A model generated the notes under the pieces. That model was given only the letters and a program-made list of their open reading frames with translations, searched no databases and was not told the origin of the DNA. This document shows, piece after piece, positions 1 through 13,426 of a DNA stretch of 64,000 nucleotides (the stretch's first letter is position 1; the number at the start of each line of letters is the position of its first letter). A program made the position numbers and the translations under genes. The DNA lies in assembly GCA_001687465.1 (NCBI GenBank), contig LVLI01000194.1, positions 186,001-250,000 of the forward strand, read 5' to 3'. The stretch is from Halocafeteria seosinensis (Eukaryota).

Positions 1-130
1 GCAACGGTGGCGGCGGTGCATCGGCGATGATCATTGAACGCTTAAACTGAAATTAGCATACGAGTGGAGCCGCTTTTACTGTTGCTATATATATATGTTG
101 CATAAACGGGCACAACAATGAAAGCACCAA

Positions 131-3100
131 TCATAGTGTACCGATAGCTTCATTCACTATAGACTCTGCCATTTCTCTAGCCATAGCAGTACTCTGAAAT
201 GCGGATGCGATTCTATCCCGGAAGGCTGCTCCACTAACGTGTTGGTGAGAGTTGTGTAACCATGTGGCTCCGAAGGGATCGAACCGCACTGCACACGCTC
301 CCGGTTTCAGAGTCCCACTGGTCGTCTCAGAGCCTGCTTGGTTGTCCTTCCGCTTTGATTCCTTCGAACGGCTTGTGTTTTCTGTATCAGTTCCTGCATA
401 GACGTATTGGCGGTACCAAGTGGATTTCACACTAGTTATAGGAAGCACATGTATTGAAGTAGCATCTCGGAATGGAGGCTCTCCTCTGCCTGAATTGTTC
501 CTTTCGTTGCCACCTACTGTATCGGCCACAAAACCAAACTGAGTGCAGAGCATTTCTTCCATCATAAGACACGTCTTTGTTGGAGTGTGATTGGGCAAAG
601 TACATTGCTCAGCGCTAGTCTCTGTAATACTTGCACAGGCACAAAGCGGCTGCTTGATGAGAGTCACACCCTGATAAAAGGGTAACGGAGGGTTTTTCGG
701 AATCCACTGCGAGGGAACTTTGTGTCGTTCCCTATAGGAGTAATCAATCTGATCTGGGTGAAGACCCGCGGAAGGGGACCATTGTTTGGAGGACACCGCA
801 ATCGTTCGGTCGCAGTTCAACACGTTTTTATCCCAACAGCCCTCGACCCGAGTGACCAATAGGTTTAGTTGCTGGGCCTTCCTTTGCGTATTGATCAGCC
901 ACTCTTGGACAGCAGGTCCTCCAGTTATACCTGGAAGCCATCGAAATTCAATGTGATACGCATGGACTGGTCGGAATACCGACTCGTACAACACCTCCAC
1001 CCATTGAGGCTCGTCCTTTGAATCGGCAATGTTGATCCGAGCAAACCAATGTCGAGCACTGGTACTCCACTCAGCAGCGTAGGTGTCCGTGGACGTCCCA
1101 AAGCGTTTATAAGTTCTAAACACTTTATTGTACTCAACTACCTCAGGCAAAGGCGAAGCGTTGTCGCCAAGCAGCATTTCGGACAATCTTTGGATGTCGA
1201 CGGCTGTAGGCCTGCCCCTCGTACTTTTTGGGTTGCAAAATATGAAGGACAATAGTTCTAAAAACTTGGAACACACTGCAGTTTCTTCCCGATCAAGTTT
1301 CTTGAGGTTGTGCTTCGATATATCTTCCACATCTGTGACACCACTAAGCGCTCGTAGAAGCGTATAAGAAGGAACTATTCGAAAATGAACACTGTTAAAA
1401 TGAAGCTCATCGGACAACTTCGATTCTTCACCGGTAGCAATGATATCAAACTTGTTCCAGTTGTAGGACCGACTCGCTCCTAATCCAGATTCGGGGTAGG
1501 GGCTGGAAATTTCACCAGAACTGTGCATTACTTGACGAGAGCGTGAATGGAATGATGTACTTCGTGGAGTACTGGGCTTTTGCATGTACTTCAAACACAA
1601 GCCTACTTCACCCCCTCCGTTGGCGCTAAACTCCCTGTAAGCGTTTGCAGGAACGCTCGATAATATATTCCAGATCCTGCAAGTATAGCGAAACTTTACT
1701 AAGTCCCCACGAACAACAGGTCTATGTAGTACGTTCCCTGATTGACTCCATCCGGAACTTGCATCATACTCGGAAGAACGAAACGAAGATGCCCAACCCC
1801 ACTTCCTTCCGTAGAGTTTGATATCGACCGACTGCGATTCACCTTTGTAATAAAAGTTGTGAAACGTATGTCCCATACTCAGCGTCGCCACCAGATGACC
1901 GGAGCGATCGTCCTCAGCCATGGCTTCACTTGGTCGGGAATTGGAGTTAAAGTTGTCTCCGAGAGTCGATGACTGTACAGATCTGAGCAATAGATCTAGA
2001 TACTTTTCCCCAGGATTACTATTCGAGCTGTTGGAATCTCCCTGGGAGTTTGGGATTCCCAGATCCGCATCAACCGACACAGGTGACACCACCAGCTGAA
2101 ATCCCTGAGCCAGTCTTTGACCGATCATACACCGAAGCACTCGGATATGAGATTCCGGAATGTTCTTGTTACCCAGTTCGATTCCAGGAGAAAACCCCCC
2201 GTGAGTGACAGTACTCACGTCTCTGAGTGCCTTCAGTGCCAAATACGTGGCTAATCTTCGTGACATGGACGCCGTGGATTCCCTCGCCAATAACACCCTC
2301 AACGCGGTGCACAGAGTACTAACAGAATACGGCCGAGCGGGAGGGACACTAAAATCATTATCCAGCGCACTTGTGTAAAACTGATGAGTAAATTCCGTAC
2401 CATTGAGCTCTGTGTACGTAGGGCAGTAGTCGGTTGTCGCTGGTAGAATCGCAGGCTCGCTCAAAGATTTCCAATTCGGTGGAAACGTCTGATAAAAGGA
2501 ATGAGGGTTTGCAGGAGGTCGATCTTCAATGATACTGCCTGTATTTTTTCGCGGTCCTGTTTGAGAGGATCTACGTCCAGCAAGAGAGTTGGACTGCTTT
2601 TTCGGGAAGGAAGAATACCCAAATTGTTCCAAAACGTCTCGCGCTAGCATTGACGCATCCTCGATATCTGCGGATGAACTGAATACTTGCGATGAAGATC
2701 GGGAGATTGATGCTTCCGTCTGCATTTGTTTTCGGTGGATAATTTCACCCGGCATTTCGGGGAAAATATGAGACCAACGCCGACGGTTAGCATTGATATG
2801 CCAATCATCAGGAGATCGTGGGCGGAAAGGGTTAACGTCGGCACTTGCCATCATGACAAGTAGCTGCAGTTGAACCTCCTCTGGGGACAGGTCCAGCTCC
2901 TTCGCAAGAAAAGCAGACAACGCGTTAGAATCTCCCCTTTTCAAAGCGCTAACCAGCTGATTGTCCACCTGTCTCATGCGTGAGCCCGTAGCTGCCTTAT
3001 GAGCCTCGTTAACACTAGCTGCAACTTGCAGTAAGTATTGTAAAAGAGGCGACTGCCGAGCTGTACGGTTCTTTCCGAAAGCCCGAGAGAGCACTTGGCT

Positions 3101-6100
3101 CTGTACAACAGATGCTGCAGTACTTCCGTACTTCATGCTCAAAGCTGAGGAGGCACCTCCTGAGCCACCAACAGAGATCGGGGCTGGTAAAGACGCAGTC
3201 GCTGCAAAGTTCGGTTGCGGCCAGTTGGGAGGACTAGCTGCTTTATCCAGTGAGGACTGGGCGCTCCACCATGCCCGGCGGAACGGTGCTTCCTCTTCGT
3301 AGTGGTCATGCTCCATTGATTGTGATGCAGATGTGAGAGAATGGCGAGGACTCTTCGTTGATATACATAGTTTAGCCGTAGTGACAGTTGCCTCACCATT
3401 GTCAACTTCGGAATGTTGCCTTTGAGACTTTTCAGCCTCTACTTGTGCGGGTGTCTCAGTGCGTCGCATGGGCGATTTTTCGCCTTCTTCCTGAAGGGAA
3501 TGAGCTTCTTCAGTCTCAGCAGCAGTTTCTTTTACGACGTCCAATAGCGTCGTATCTTTTCCGAGTGAACGGGTGGCGCGGAAGAATGTTGATGATGGGG
3601 CATTGATGGCTCTCTCATTGCTGTTCTCCAAAGTCCTCTCTGACATAGATTCGCGACTGTTGTGATTCTCAGGATAGGCTGATTGCGGTAGTTCTTCCAC
3701 ATTCAAGTTACTAAGTGTGCTTCCTTTGTCGTACTTGACTCCCCTTCGAAGGCGCGAAGGGGATGGACTGCTAGTTTTGGAGCCGTACATACGTCGCTGC
3801 TGTGGGGAGCCTGGGCTACGATCTGATCCTCTTCTTCCTCTATACGCCAGCTTGTCATTCGAATGGACATGAGAATCCTGAAAACTGCGTCCGTGCAATG
3901 ACGCCCTTACAGACACTGCAGGTCCATGGCTGCGCGGAGACTTCTCCTGCACAAGATTCAGACTGTGGTCAGTCAGAGCCGGTTGCAATGCAGGGGATCC
4001 GTCTGTATCACTTTCAAGGCCACCGATAGCGAAAACGGGACTTGTAGGAGCCTTCCTTGCCTCTGTACCCCCCTTCTTAAGAAGTTGGTAATCGACCTCA
4101 GGACTTACACTCAAAAGCGGCATCGAGTTTGACGGCTGTGTAGAGTGTGTTTTGGGCGCTCCTGTTTCTGCTTGCAATGCATTCATTAGCCTAGGATCAA
4201 CCGGAGAACAGGGACCAAATACCATTTCGTCATAAGAATAGTACGCATTATACTGCTGCTGAGCTTCGGGAAAATTTTCAGATACTTCTCCTCGGGAGTC
4301 CTCTGTCATTACGTTCCTTCTATTACCGTAAAATACGTCTTTCGCCGTTCTTGAGCATCGTAGATTTTCAAAGAGCAGGTGCCATGGCATAAGATCTTTC
4401 AGTGACAATGCTCCAGGGATGGAGCAAAACCCGGTCAGAGGAAGTGGGTCTTCAAGGACGTAAAATGCGTGGCCACAGAAGGCAGCCAAACCAAAATGCG
4501 GCTTTCCCTTATTAACGATGAGTCTCTCATTGCGGGAGAGCTTCATTGTCCCCTTCTGGTCTTCCGCCTCTTCTCCCGAGCCCATCGAACCTCGTGACGA
4601 ATAGCTAGCTAGACTGGATAAACTCAAGACGCTGCGCCCGAAGCCAAGCGGCATGCTTCCCCCTTTATTTCCGTGGGCTGAGCTTCCACTGTCATGAGAA
4701 TGCTTGCTAGTGTGTAATGGGTTGTAACGGACCCTGTTTTCCTCAGAAATAGCTGCATCTTGTGCGGCCGCTGTTCCAATCACAACCCGCTTAACAGTTG
4801 CTCTATTGGAACCACCATTATCAATCTCTTTATGGCACTTGAATATCGGAAACGATTCGCAGCTCGAGCAAGAAATAGAGCCAACGTCGCCTTTTGAGTC
4901 AATCTGTACACTCGCTATCCCTAACAGGAGGAACGACGAAAAGAGCGCGTCTGGAAGCGGGTAACCTGATGGAGTCAACCTTGGCATATGCAAACTGCCC
5001 ATGCGATCAGAAGGCACCAGGTAAGACTGCCGGTGCTTAGTTTTGGAACGGAGCTGCGTAGTGCTTTCAGTATGATCAAACTTCACAGGTGGCTTATGAA
5101 GTAACGAGTTGTGCGTGTGCCGAGCTACATAGTCCAGTATCTGCTCCTTGTAAGGAGCGAAATCAGGCAGGGCGGAGTGATGGAACATCCCATGACCAAA
5201 TGAATCACGAATAACTTCTTCGACGAGTTTAGATTTCAGCGAATTGTACAAAGACCGACGGATGACCTTGTTCTTAGACCCCGATAGGGCTACCTCCAGA
5301 GAATGACATACACTGCTGCCACATGTCCATCTAACAACAGCGTTGTAAAGTCCTTCGCGAGACACTGCTTCAGCTGGAGATGACGCCTTCTCGGGATGAC
5401 TCTTCTGAGACCGTCTATTCCGTATTCTGTAGAATGACATGTGAAACCAATAGGGCATATTGTAGCTTTGGAAATCGGTGCACATGTTACGTAAGACACT
5501 CAAATAGGATTGCTGAATGTTGGGGTGCGCTTGATCTCGTGAGTGACTAGGAGCATCGTTTCCCCAACTACTAGAGCGCCAAGCCTCCTCGCTTTGGCAT
5601 TCCTGTAACTGATCAGTCCTTGATTCCGTGAATCCCTTGTCTAGCGCAGTGGAGGACTGAGAACTTTTGAGTCCATGTCCTCCCTGAGCCTCACCATGAA
5701 TACTTGGACGAGATTGCACTGGCAGTTGATTGCGAAAGACAAAGAGAGGAACGTTATGCATAGGAGGCTCTGCGACACTGACGACGTCACATCCGATGCC
5801 GGAATCCAATATTCTCTGTTTTGTCATCTGAGATAAATAGAAGTCAACTGAATAAACACCTTGCCCAGCAGTCAGTAAGATAATGTGTTGTCCCATCGCT
5901 CTTAATCTGCGATCTGTATTGTGATTTTCAAACTGGTCACTGCACATATTCAGAGCTTCCAGGAAGTTGCCGCTTGAAGCCAAAGTAGGCACACCTTGGC
6001 CACTATATTGAAGTGATCTCAACAAGCATCCTGCTTCCTCGAGCAAACGATCTCGCACGGAATGCGGGAGGATATAATAACCAGCAGTTGGAGACGAGAC

Positions 6101-8286
6101 GGGGAGTTGTTCTCCCTGTTGCTCTTCCAACACCTGGTCAAGAGAATCCAGCATGTTCTCTGGTATGTGCTCACCGCAAGTTCGAAGACTGTTCACGATA
6201 AGTAAGACGCGCTTCTTCAGTTCTTCCTGGGTTTCGCGCCATTTCCTCGATACACCCCACTTAGCTACGACGGGAAACTGTTGCATCGCTAGGCGGAGTT
6301 TCTCAAGCAGATGGGACCACTCGCTACTTTGACTGGAACTAAGGTGTTCGAGCACGTCCGATCTGGAACTGTCGCTCGCTGTCAAAGGATTAGCGACCTC
6401 AATAGTTGTTGCAAGACCTTCTCGAAATGCTGCAAGGGAGGATTGCATGGACGAGGGAGTCACATGCTCGCAAACAACCTGTTTCAACAGGGCACCGAGT
6501 GTTGAGCGGAGATATAGGGCGAGCGGAGGCTTTACGGCGACGTACCATGTAGAAATCTTCATATACTTTTCCTTTCTCATCTATGACGACAGATCTTTCT
6601 CCTTCGAGAATATCTGAGTATAAGTCTAGACATGAAGGAATAGTCGAATCATTAGAACTGACAAGTCTCTTTAGAGAGCCTAATGCCTCTTCACCGACCT
6701 CACCCTCTTCCTCAATAGCCTTTATGTCCGCCCCCGTTAGCGTACGCGAGGGATAATGACTCGGAACAAATCCATGGAGAGGATTTCCTTTCGCGGATGT
6801 CTCCTGCATGAACTGCTGAGAGAGTGTGCTTACCAGATCTGGGTCGTAGTCAAACCAAGTCCGGGAGAATAGGACAATAGTAACACTATGAGACATGTTC
6901 TGGGTGCTCCATTTTTGGAAAAGATCAGCCAAAAAACCAGTAATTGCGTTTTCGACGTAACAGTTACCATCGTTGTCAACTTCCCACATCTCGCGACTGA
7001 GTTGAATAAGTAGCATGACATGGGCACTCCTGGAACGAAAGGCCAACTTGGTCCGAGCGTGGATAACTCCGCTACACACGGATTCCGTTCCTCTATAACA
7101 TTCAGTTACCCGCATCGTCAACCCATTGCAGTGTATCCTCTGTCCTACGTATACAACTGTTCCGGCTAGAGCAGCTTGGACACGCCAAAGTCCATTACGA
7201 CCAGCATATTGATCTTCGAAGGAGAGCTGCGAAAGTAGGAAGTAGCATGCACCTGCCAATGTCCGATCGATTCGACAGGAAACGTACCTCTACGAACTCC
7301 AGCATAGATTCCTTTAGCTCAGCTAAGCGCACCTTCACTTTCATTCCGTTCTTTAGACCATGGGCGGCGGCTGCTCTGTCAAGCACGCTCAAACCAACCT
7401 TTCCCGAAAGGGGAGGATTGCCACCGCCCACCTGCCCGACAAGATTTGTGAATGGACTTTTGGCGGATATGTCCTGAGACTCAGTTGCTTGCAAAGCCTC
7501 TATTTCAAGTACATCACCATCCACAACATCGGGAAAGTATTGTTGGTTAGGTATGATGGAGCTCTGGTTAAACTCTCGGGTATGAGTAGCGATTTCGACA
7601 GTTCTTTCCTCAATCTCGGGAAGCCACATTTTGTCATACGATTCTGGTTGCTTTTGGGATTGCTGAGCCCGAGAGGAAACCGCTTTCTTTGACCTCCAGT
7701 GAGACCGGCCCCATCCTTTACGCTTCTTTTCCCGCCGTAAACTTAGTTGCCTTTTGGTTTCGGCATCATCAGTAGGATAGTGTTCTCGAGGGCGTTCGGA
7801 CTCAACAGTTGCTTCGACTACACCCGTTGAATTGGGAGCCGCACGGCTCTCCTCTCTACGCACGTGCTCCCTTGGAGACATCGTAGCAGGGGAAATGGTG
7901 CTTTGTGAACTGGTCTCTGAACGTCCATCGGTCAGTTCGCTCCGTGGATGTTCACTGTGCTTGCTCGATGAGCTATGAGGCGTCGTCCCGGTAGAGGGAG
8001 GAGGAGGAGGGGGTGGTTCAGGTATTTTTACGGCTACATTCCGATGTTTGCCTCTCCCACTTTGAGATTCGCGACTGGAAGAAGGTGGATCATCTGATAG
8101 AAGCGATTGCAGACTCTGCTCAGTCTGAACCAAGTTATCAGCCGCGCGAAAAAACAGCCTATGTCTGCAGTACGAAACAGAGGGGTACACACGACCAGAA
8201 GACATTCAGTTAATGCCGTCCACTAATTTGTCCCAACAATGACGCAGTCCCACTCACCTTGGTTCGCCTCGCTCCTTGCTGGCCAT
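131..8286 (-). CDS. DEPDC5: GATOR1 subunit DEPDC5/IML1 (4 exons, ~2,650 aa)
   Basis: ATG at 8286. Three GT..CAG introns (~8258-8165, ~7288-7228, ~6546-6479) join the three ORF frames. IML1 motifs: FRSRSA..LLIQLSREMW, GNFLEALN, DRRLRAMGQHIILLTAGQG, NRRRWSHIFP, WKSLSEPAILP, QRLAQGFQLV, LSMGH, YHIEFRWL. Confidence 0.92.
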
Positions 8287-8492
8287 CGTTTGTAGCCCTT
8301 CCAGCCAATGCTACAGCGTATCAATAAGGGCCATATTCAGCAAATAATCGGAGAAACGAATGTATTCTCGTCTCATCCACATGAATAACCGAATTACCCT
8401 TCCAGAAAATCGGTGTTAAACACTGTATTTTGGCGTCGTCGAGTCGAATTGCTCAACTTCAACGAGGCAATGTTTTGTTTCACCTTTTTGGG

Positions 8493-8536
8493 GAGCCCCG
8501 GGAGCGTCCCGGGCGGCCGGCCGCGGGGCGGGGCTC
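8493..8536. promoter_or_regulatory. GC-rich island with GC box (GGGGCGGGG) and 8-bp inverted repeat in the divergent DEPDC5/PP1 promoter
   Basis: GAGCCCCG (8493-8500) is the reverse complement of CGGGGCTC (8529-8536). The segment is almost pure G/C in an otherwise balanced-composition window. Confidence 0.4.
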
Positions 8537-9446
8537 GGCAGCACTGCCGCAGGCTGCAGTCATATATTCACTAGCATGTAGTGGTTGTCAGACGGTAGTT
8601 TTCGATTCCCACAACGGTAGACTCGGCTTGTGTTTGTGCTTCGGGCAATATTCATCAAGGTACGTTTGTCGTGGAGGCATAACGGCCGGGAGGCACTTCC
8701 CAAAGGAAAGGAGCCTCCCTGTCCCCCAGTCTTTTTGTTGTTTTCTCGCCCCTGCCCGTTGCCCTTGGGGCCTTGCTGCAAAGCAGACGTTTAAATGGAT
8801 GGGTGCTGGAGGAGAATCCATATACAGCATTTCCGTTTGCTCTTGACCGCGTTCAACACGATTCACATGTGGGATAGGACATTAGCATTTAGACAATCGA
8901 GGGGATTGGGTCCTACATCGTCTCTCGGCCTCCATTTTTCCGTGGACGTCCCCAGTGTTGGGTTGGAATTCTGGAATTACAAAAAGGAAATCGCAGGGAC
9001 TGGGAGCAGGGGACCATGCTCACAGGAGAGGTATCAAACTTGTTTGTTGGTACACTGCGAGTAAGGCTATCAGAGGGCGTTCAACGGGAGTATCCACGTA
9101 GTGCTCTGTTCATTGGACGTGCTCCTTGTGGGGAGGATGAAGCAGCAGAGCTGGAAAACCTGCAGAGTTTTCCTCAGTGTCACTGAGCCATTGCATAGGA
9201 GCGTATTCGCCGAGTTTAGATGCACTTATCCATTTTTCTGCTCATCTGCAGGTTCTGAAGCATTGCTCTGTTGGTGAAAAGTTCATTTTCAGAACTTTTT
9301 ATATCGATTCCTGGCTTGACGTTATTGGGATGTATTAGGTACTTCCTGGTAATGTTGAAGGAGTCTACTGCAACGTTTGTCAGATAGAAAACCTGATTAA
9401 GGAAGAACAGATAACATAGCAGGGCGACAACTCTCTCGAACTAATC

Positions 9447-10557
9447 ATGGCAGATTTAGACGGTACGTTCGCAATTTTGATGTAGCTCTAGTCGCGCAGT
9501 TTTGATGAGGGTACAATTGTCACATTCGGAATGCAGTGGATGCCATAATTGATAAGCTCCTAGACGTGCGTGGAGCTCGTCCCGGGAGACAAGTTAACCT
9601 GGTAAGTAAAATTGAGATTATCTGAAAATTGTGTTCCTGACTGCGTGGATAAACAAATTTTTCCGATGCGGGTTTCAGACGGAGGCTGAGATACGTGGAC
9701 TATGCATCAGATCCCGCGAGATTTTTATGCAACAGCCGATCCTGTTAGAGCTTGAAGCCCCGATCAAAATATGCGGTGATATTCATGGACAATATTACGA
9801 TCTTCTAAGACTATTTGAATATGGTGGATTCCCCCCGGATGCGAATTATTTGTTCCTTGGAGACTACGTCGATCGAGGGAAACAGAGCTTAGAGACTATA
9901 TGTCTGCTCCTTGCATACAAAATAAAATACCCGGAAAACTTCTTTATCCTCCGGGGTAATCACGAGTGTGCATCGATCAATCGTATATATGGATTTTATG
10001 ACGAATGCAAGCGACGATACAATATTAAGCTGTGGAAGACATTCACAGATTGTTTCAACTGCTTACCCGTTGCTGCAGTCATCGACGAAAAAATATTTTG
10101 CATGCACGGTGGCTTGTCGCCGGAACTGGCTACAATGGAACAAATAAAGAGGATAATGCGACCAACAGATGTACCGGATACTGGTCTCTTATGTGATCTG
10201 TTATGGTCTGATCCTGATAGAGATGTAGTTGGATGGGGCGACAACGATCGAGGGGTATCGTTCACATTCGGTCCAGACATCGTAGCATCCTTTTTGGAGC
10301 GCCATGACCTCGACCTCATTTGCAGAGCCCATCAAGTCGTTGAAGATGGGTACGAATTTTTCGCAAGCAGACAACTAGTGACAATATTTTCAGCTCCAAA
10401 TTATTGTGGAGAGTTTGATAATGCCGGAGCAATGATGAGCGTGGATGACACACTGATGTGTTCATTCCAGATCTTAAAACCGGCTGAGAGGAGACCGCGA
10501 TATTCGTACGGGGGCGCAGGGGTTGCAGGCCGACCTGGTACGCCTCAGAGACGATAA
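9447..10557 (+). CDS. PP1: Serine/threonine protein phosphatase 1 catalytic subunit (3 exons)
   Basis: Spliced N-terminus [36 protein letters not shown]. Motifs GDIHGQ, GDYVDRG, RGNHE, SAPNYC. Confidence 0.97.
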
Positions 10558-10699
10558 CTGTACAGTCGAGGGGGAAGCGTAAGAAATGCGGATGAGCAAT
10601 AATTAATGTCATTGTATTTTATCAATGGTAGGGTAGTACTGGACTACACTTTAGGTTACTAGCTCCATATGTACATATGGCCGCCTGTAGTTTTACAGA

Positions 10700-12628
10700 C
10701 TAGTTTTTCTGATGCCGTCTGCAAAATCCGTCGATGCGTTCACAAGCGGTTTCTAGCTTCTCCTTCGGGGGAGAGAACACAATTCTTATGAAGTTCTCCA
10801 TTCCGAAACACTGCACGAGAGCATCGACCAATCAGTGGATATATTCGGAGAGCGGGACGTCCTCCGTCCTTACCTTCCCAGGAAGCACGAAAACGGATTC
10901 TTCGTCTAAGAGCTTCTGGGTGAATTCAACATCATTTTCCACATCCATCTTGCTTGTATCTAGCCTAACCTGCGATACTCTTCAAGGGATCCATTATGCG
11001 TATGGGTGATAGCTGTTCACTTTCCAACTTACCATAACGTACATAGCACCCTGTGGATGGATCACTTCCACACCAGAAATTGGCTTCAGCTTATTACAAA
11101 CGAATTCCGCATTGTCCTGCCAAGTGAATAATTTCCATGCAAAGTGAAGCCTGATATACGATCAAAAATAGTCGAAACTTCTTACTTGTAACTGCCCGAC
11201 CAGATCTTGTTCGAACTTCTCCAATGCCTTCGCTTCTGCACTCCCAGTTGGCGGGTTCAACAGCGTCGGCAAGCCACTTTGGATCAGGCTGTTGGGGCCA
11301 AGAACCAGCTGAGAAAGTTTAGCGAGCCCGTTTCGAACCTGCTTTCCCCAGATTAACAAGCTGTACTTATTACTATACCGCTCAGCATTTGTACTTGCGT
11401 ACCTCGTCAAACACCCCGTTGCGGTTGTGCACTAGCACCCATCCCAGCCTCCACCCTGGTACCAAAAACTCTTTCGCGATCCCTCCCGTCGCAAGCACGG
11501 GTACACTATCGGTCAGTGAAGCCAATGGATGAAATTGCGCTCCTTTGAATACCTGCGTTGAGACGGTACGAGTTCAACGAGAAATGTTTTCGGATTCGCT
11601 CATGTGACGTACAATGTTTCCGTATATCTCATCCGCAATAATGGGTACACGGTGCTTGTTTGCAATTTCCAGAATATCACGTAGATGGCTCTTGGAGTAT
11701 ACACTACCACAAGGGTTCGAGGGATTGTTTACGACGATGGCTTTCGTTTTCTGATCGATCAGCGACTCCATATGCTCCAAGTCTACTTCCCACTTCTTGC
11801 TAGGCTGCAACAAAGCATCATAGCCATGACATGAATCTAATCGGTATGTTGCCGATGAAACGACTCACAATCAAATTATACTTTTTCACTTTGATTCCTT
11901 TGCTGGCAGCGAGAGTCTCGTACAGAGGAAATCCCGGTTGCGGAACTAGCAGAGAGTCTCCTTCGTCGGCTAGAACGGTGATTGCCATGTCAAGTGCTCC
12001 CGAGCAACCAGAAGTAAGTATAACGTCCTGTTCGATGTTGACGCATACGACAAAATCAGAAACTAGTTAAGTTTTCGGTAGAGTAACATAGCGTACATCT
12101 GCTGTCAGCAGCGAATCTTCCGTGGAATACCTAGCGGCAACTGCTTCTCGTGCTTCTTTGGAGCCGGTTGAGTTTACGTAGCCATTGTGCTTATACGACC
12201 TGCAGGATTCAGTTCATGCGTCCTAGCGAGTCGTACCAAGAGGACACTCCTCGTTCTGTACTGACCACAGGTTCTCTTGGAGCTGTTTTAGTAGGAACTC
12301 GGGGGTCTTGAGATTTCCGAAGACGGTAGGATCTCCTGCAGCCAGCAGCTTAAGCCAGTGGACGGACGTCCATCCTGGTTCCCTGATCCCATAAAAGCAG
12401 CATTAACACATACCTAATGAGAGAGGTATGAGCTCTTTCTCAGCCTCAGGTCCAGGCATCCGGATGGTCTCCACCACGTTCCGGATGGGGTTGAAAGACC
12501 GCTCTGCTGTCTGTGAGGCTTTGATAGGGGTCCATTTATCTGCACATGGCAATCATTGCAATTCCTAGATACACATGGGCATCGTATATGTGCAATGGAG
12601 CAGGTAATATACACATACCAGACGACAT
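10700..12628 (-). CDS. TAT: Tyrosine aminotransferase (PLP-dependent, 11 exons)
   Basis: Spliced [90 protein letters not shown] at 10702-10700. Confidence 0.93.
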
Positions 12629-12872
12629 GGTGTTCTCGTGAAGACAACTTCTGGGGAGCTCTACGAACGAGGCTTATTCAGAGTAAGAAGAGTGCCGCTA
12701 CCTAGACTAACCTTAAGCAACATATCAATAGTCGATATACGCCAGATATACGTGGTAAATAATGCCGGATTCCCTGGTTTGGACGCCCACCCAAGCACAA
12801 AATGAATTGCGGGAAACTTGCCACTGACACCGTCTGCCTTTAGGTAGTCAACCAGGCGCCGCAGAATAAATT

Positions 12873-13225
12873 AAGACCATACTTGAACAGGATCAGTTCT
12901 ATAGTCTTATACTCCTTCTTGTTTCCTCGAAACAAGACAAACCTACCAAGCTGGACGATGCAAAATAGCCACTGTTCCTGTATCGGGAGGGTTGACGTTG
13001 GAGACTATATTGCGTCCATGGAACTCTTTGCTTCGGCAGAGGATGTTCCGCGGTGCGTTTGCGAGGTTACCGTCCTCGGTTAACAATGCTCCGCGGGTTC
13101 GTCTCCTGGGCCAGTCTCCAATTGTCGTCGATGAACGACCCGCTGTGGATCGTAGGCGCGCAGGTCGAACGACCTGGTCTGTGCCTCCCAGTGGTGTGGA
13201 ACAGTCGGCAGGCTGACGGCTGGGT
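12873..13225 (+). ncRNA. U3: U3 snoRNA (box C/D, SSU processome), ~350 nt
   Basis: 5' end AAGACCATACTTGAACAGGATCAGTTCTATAG matches the U3 GAC, A' and A boxes. Box C' GACGATGC (~12954), box B-like GAGGGTTGA (~12987), box C TCGATGA (~13127), box D CTGA (13213-16). Terminal stem ACCAAGCTG/CGGCTGGGT; stems CTGTTCC/GGAACAG and TTGGAGACT/AGTCTCCAA. Confidence 0.9.
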
Positions 13226-13426
13226 TTATATTTAAGAAAAGAAACACACACAAAACGACATTACTGGAATTCGCAGAACTTCTGCCCCACAACGACATGC
13301 TCCCGGTGAGCCACTGGACGTGCGGGATTTTCTCTTGGAGAGAGAAATGTAGCTGCCCTCAAAATTCAACATTAAGCTTGTACCGGTGCGAAGTTTGGCG
13401 AATAGACAAGTGTGTTATTGACGCTG

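Noticed and set aside
6399..7290. Apparent frameshifts between the three DEPDC5 ORFs
   Set aside because: Explained by ordinary GT..CAG introns; no programmed frameshift needed.
12883..13298. Several overlapping short ORFs
   Set aside because: They coincide with the GC-rich U3 snoRNA and show no protein motifs.
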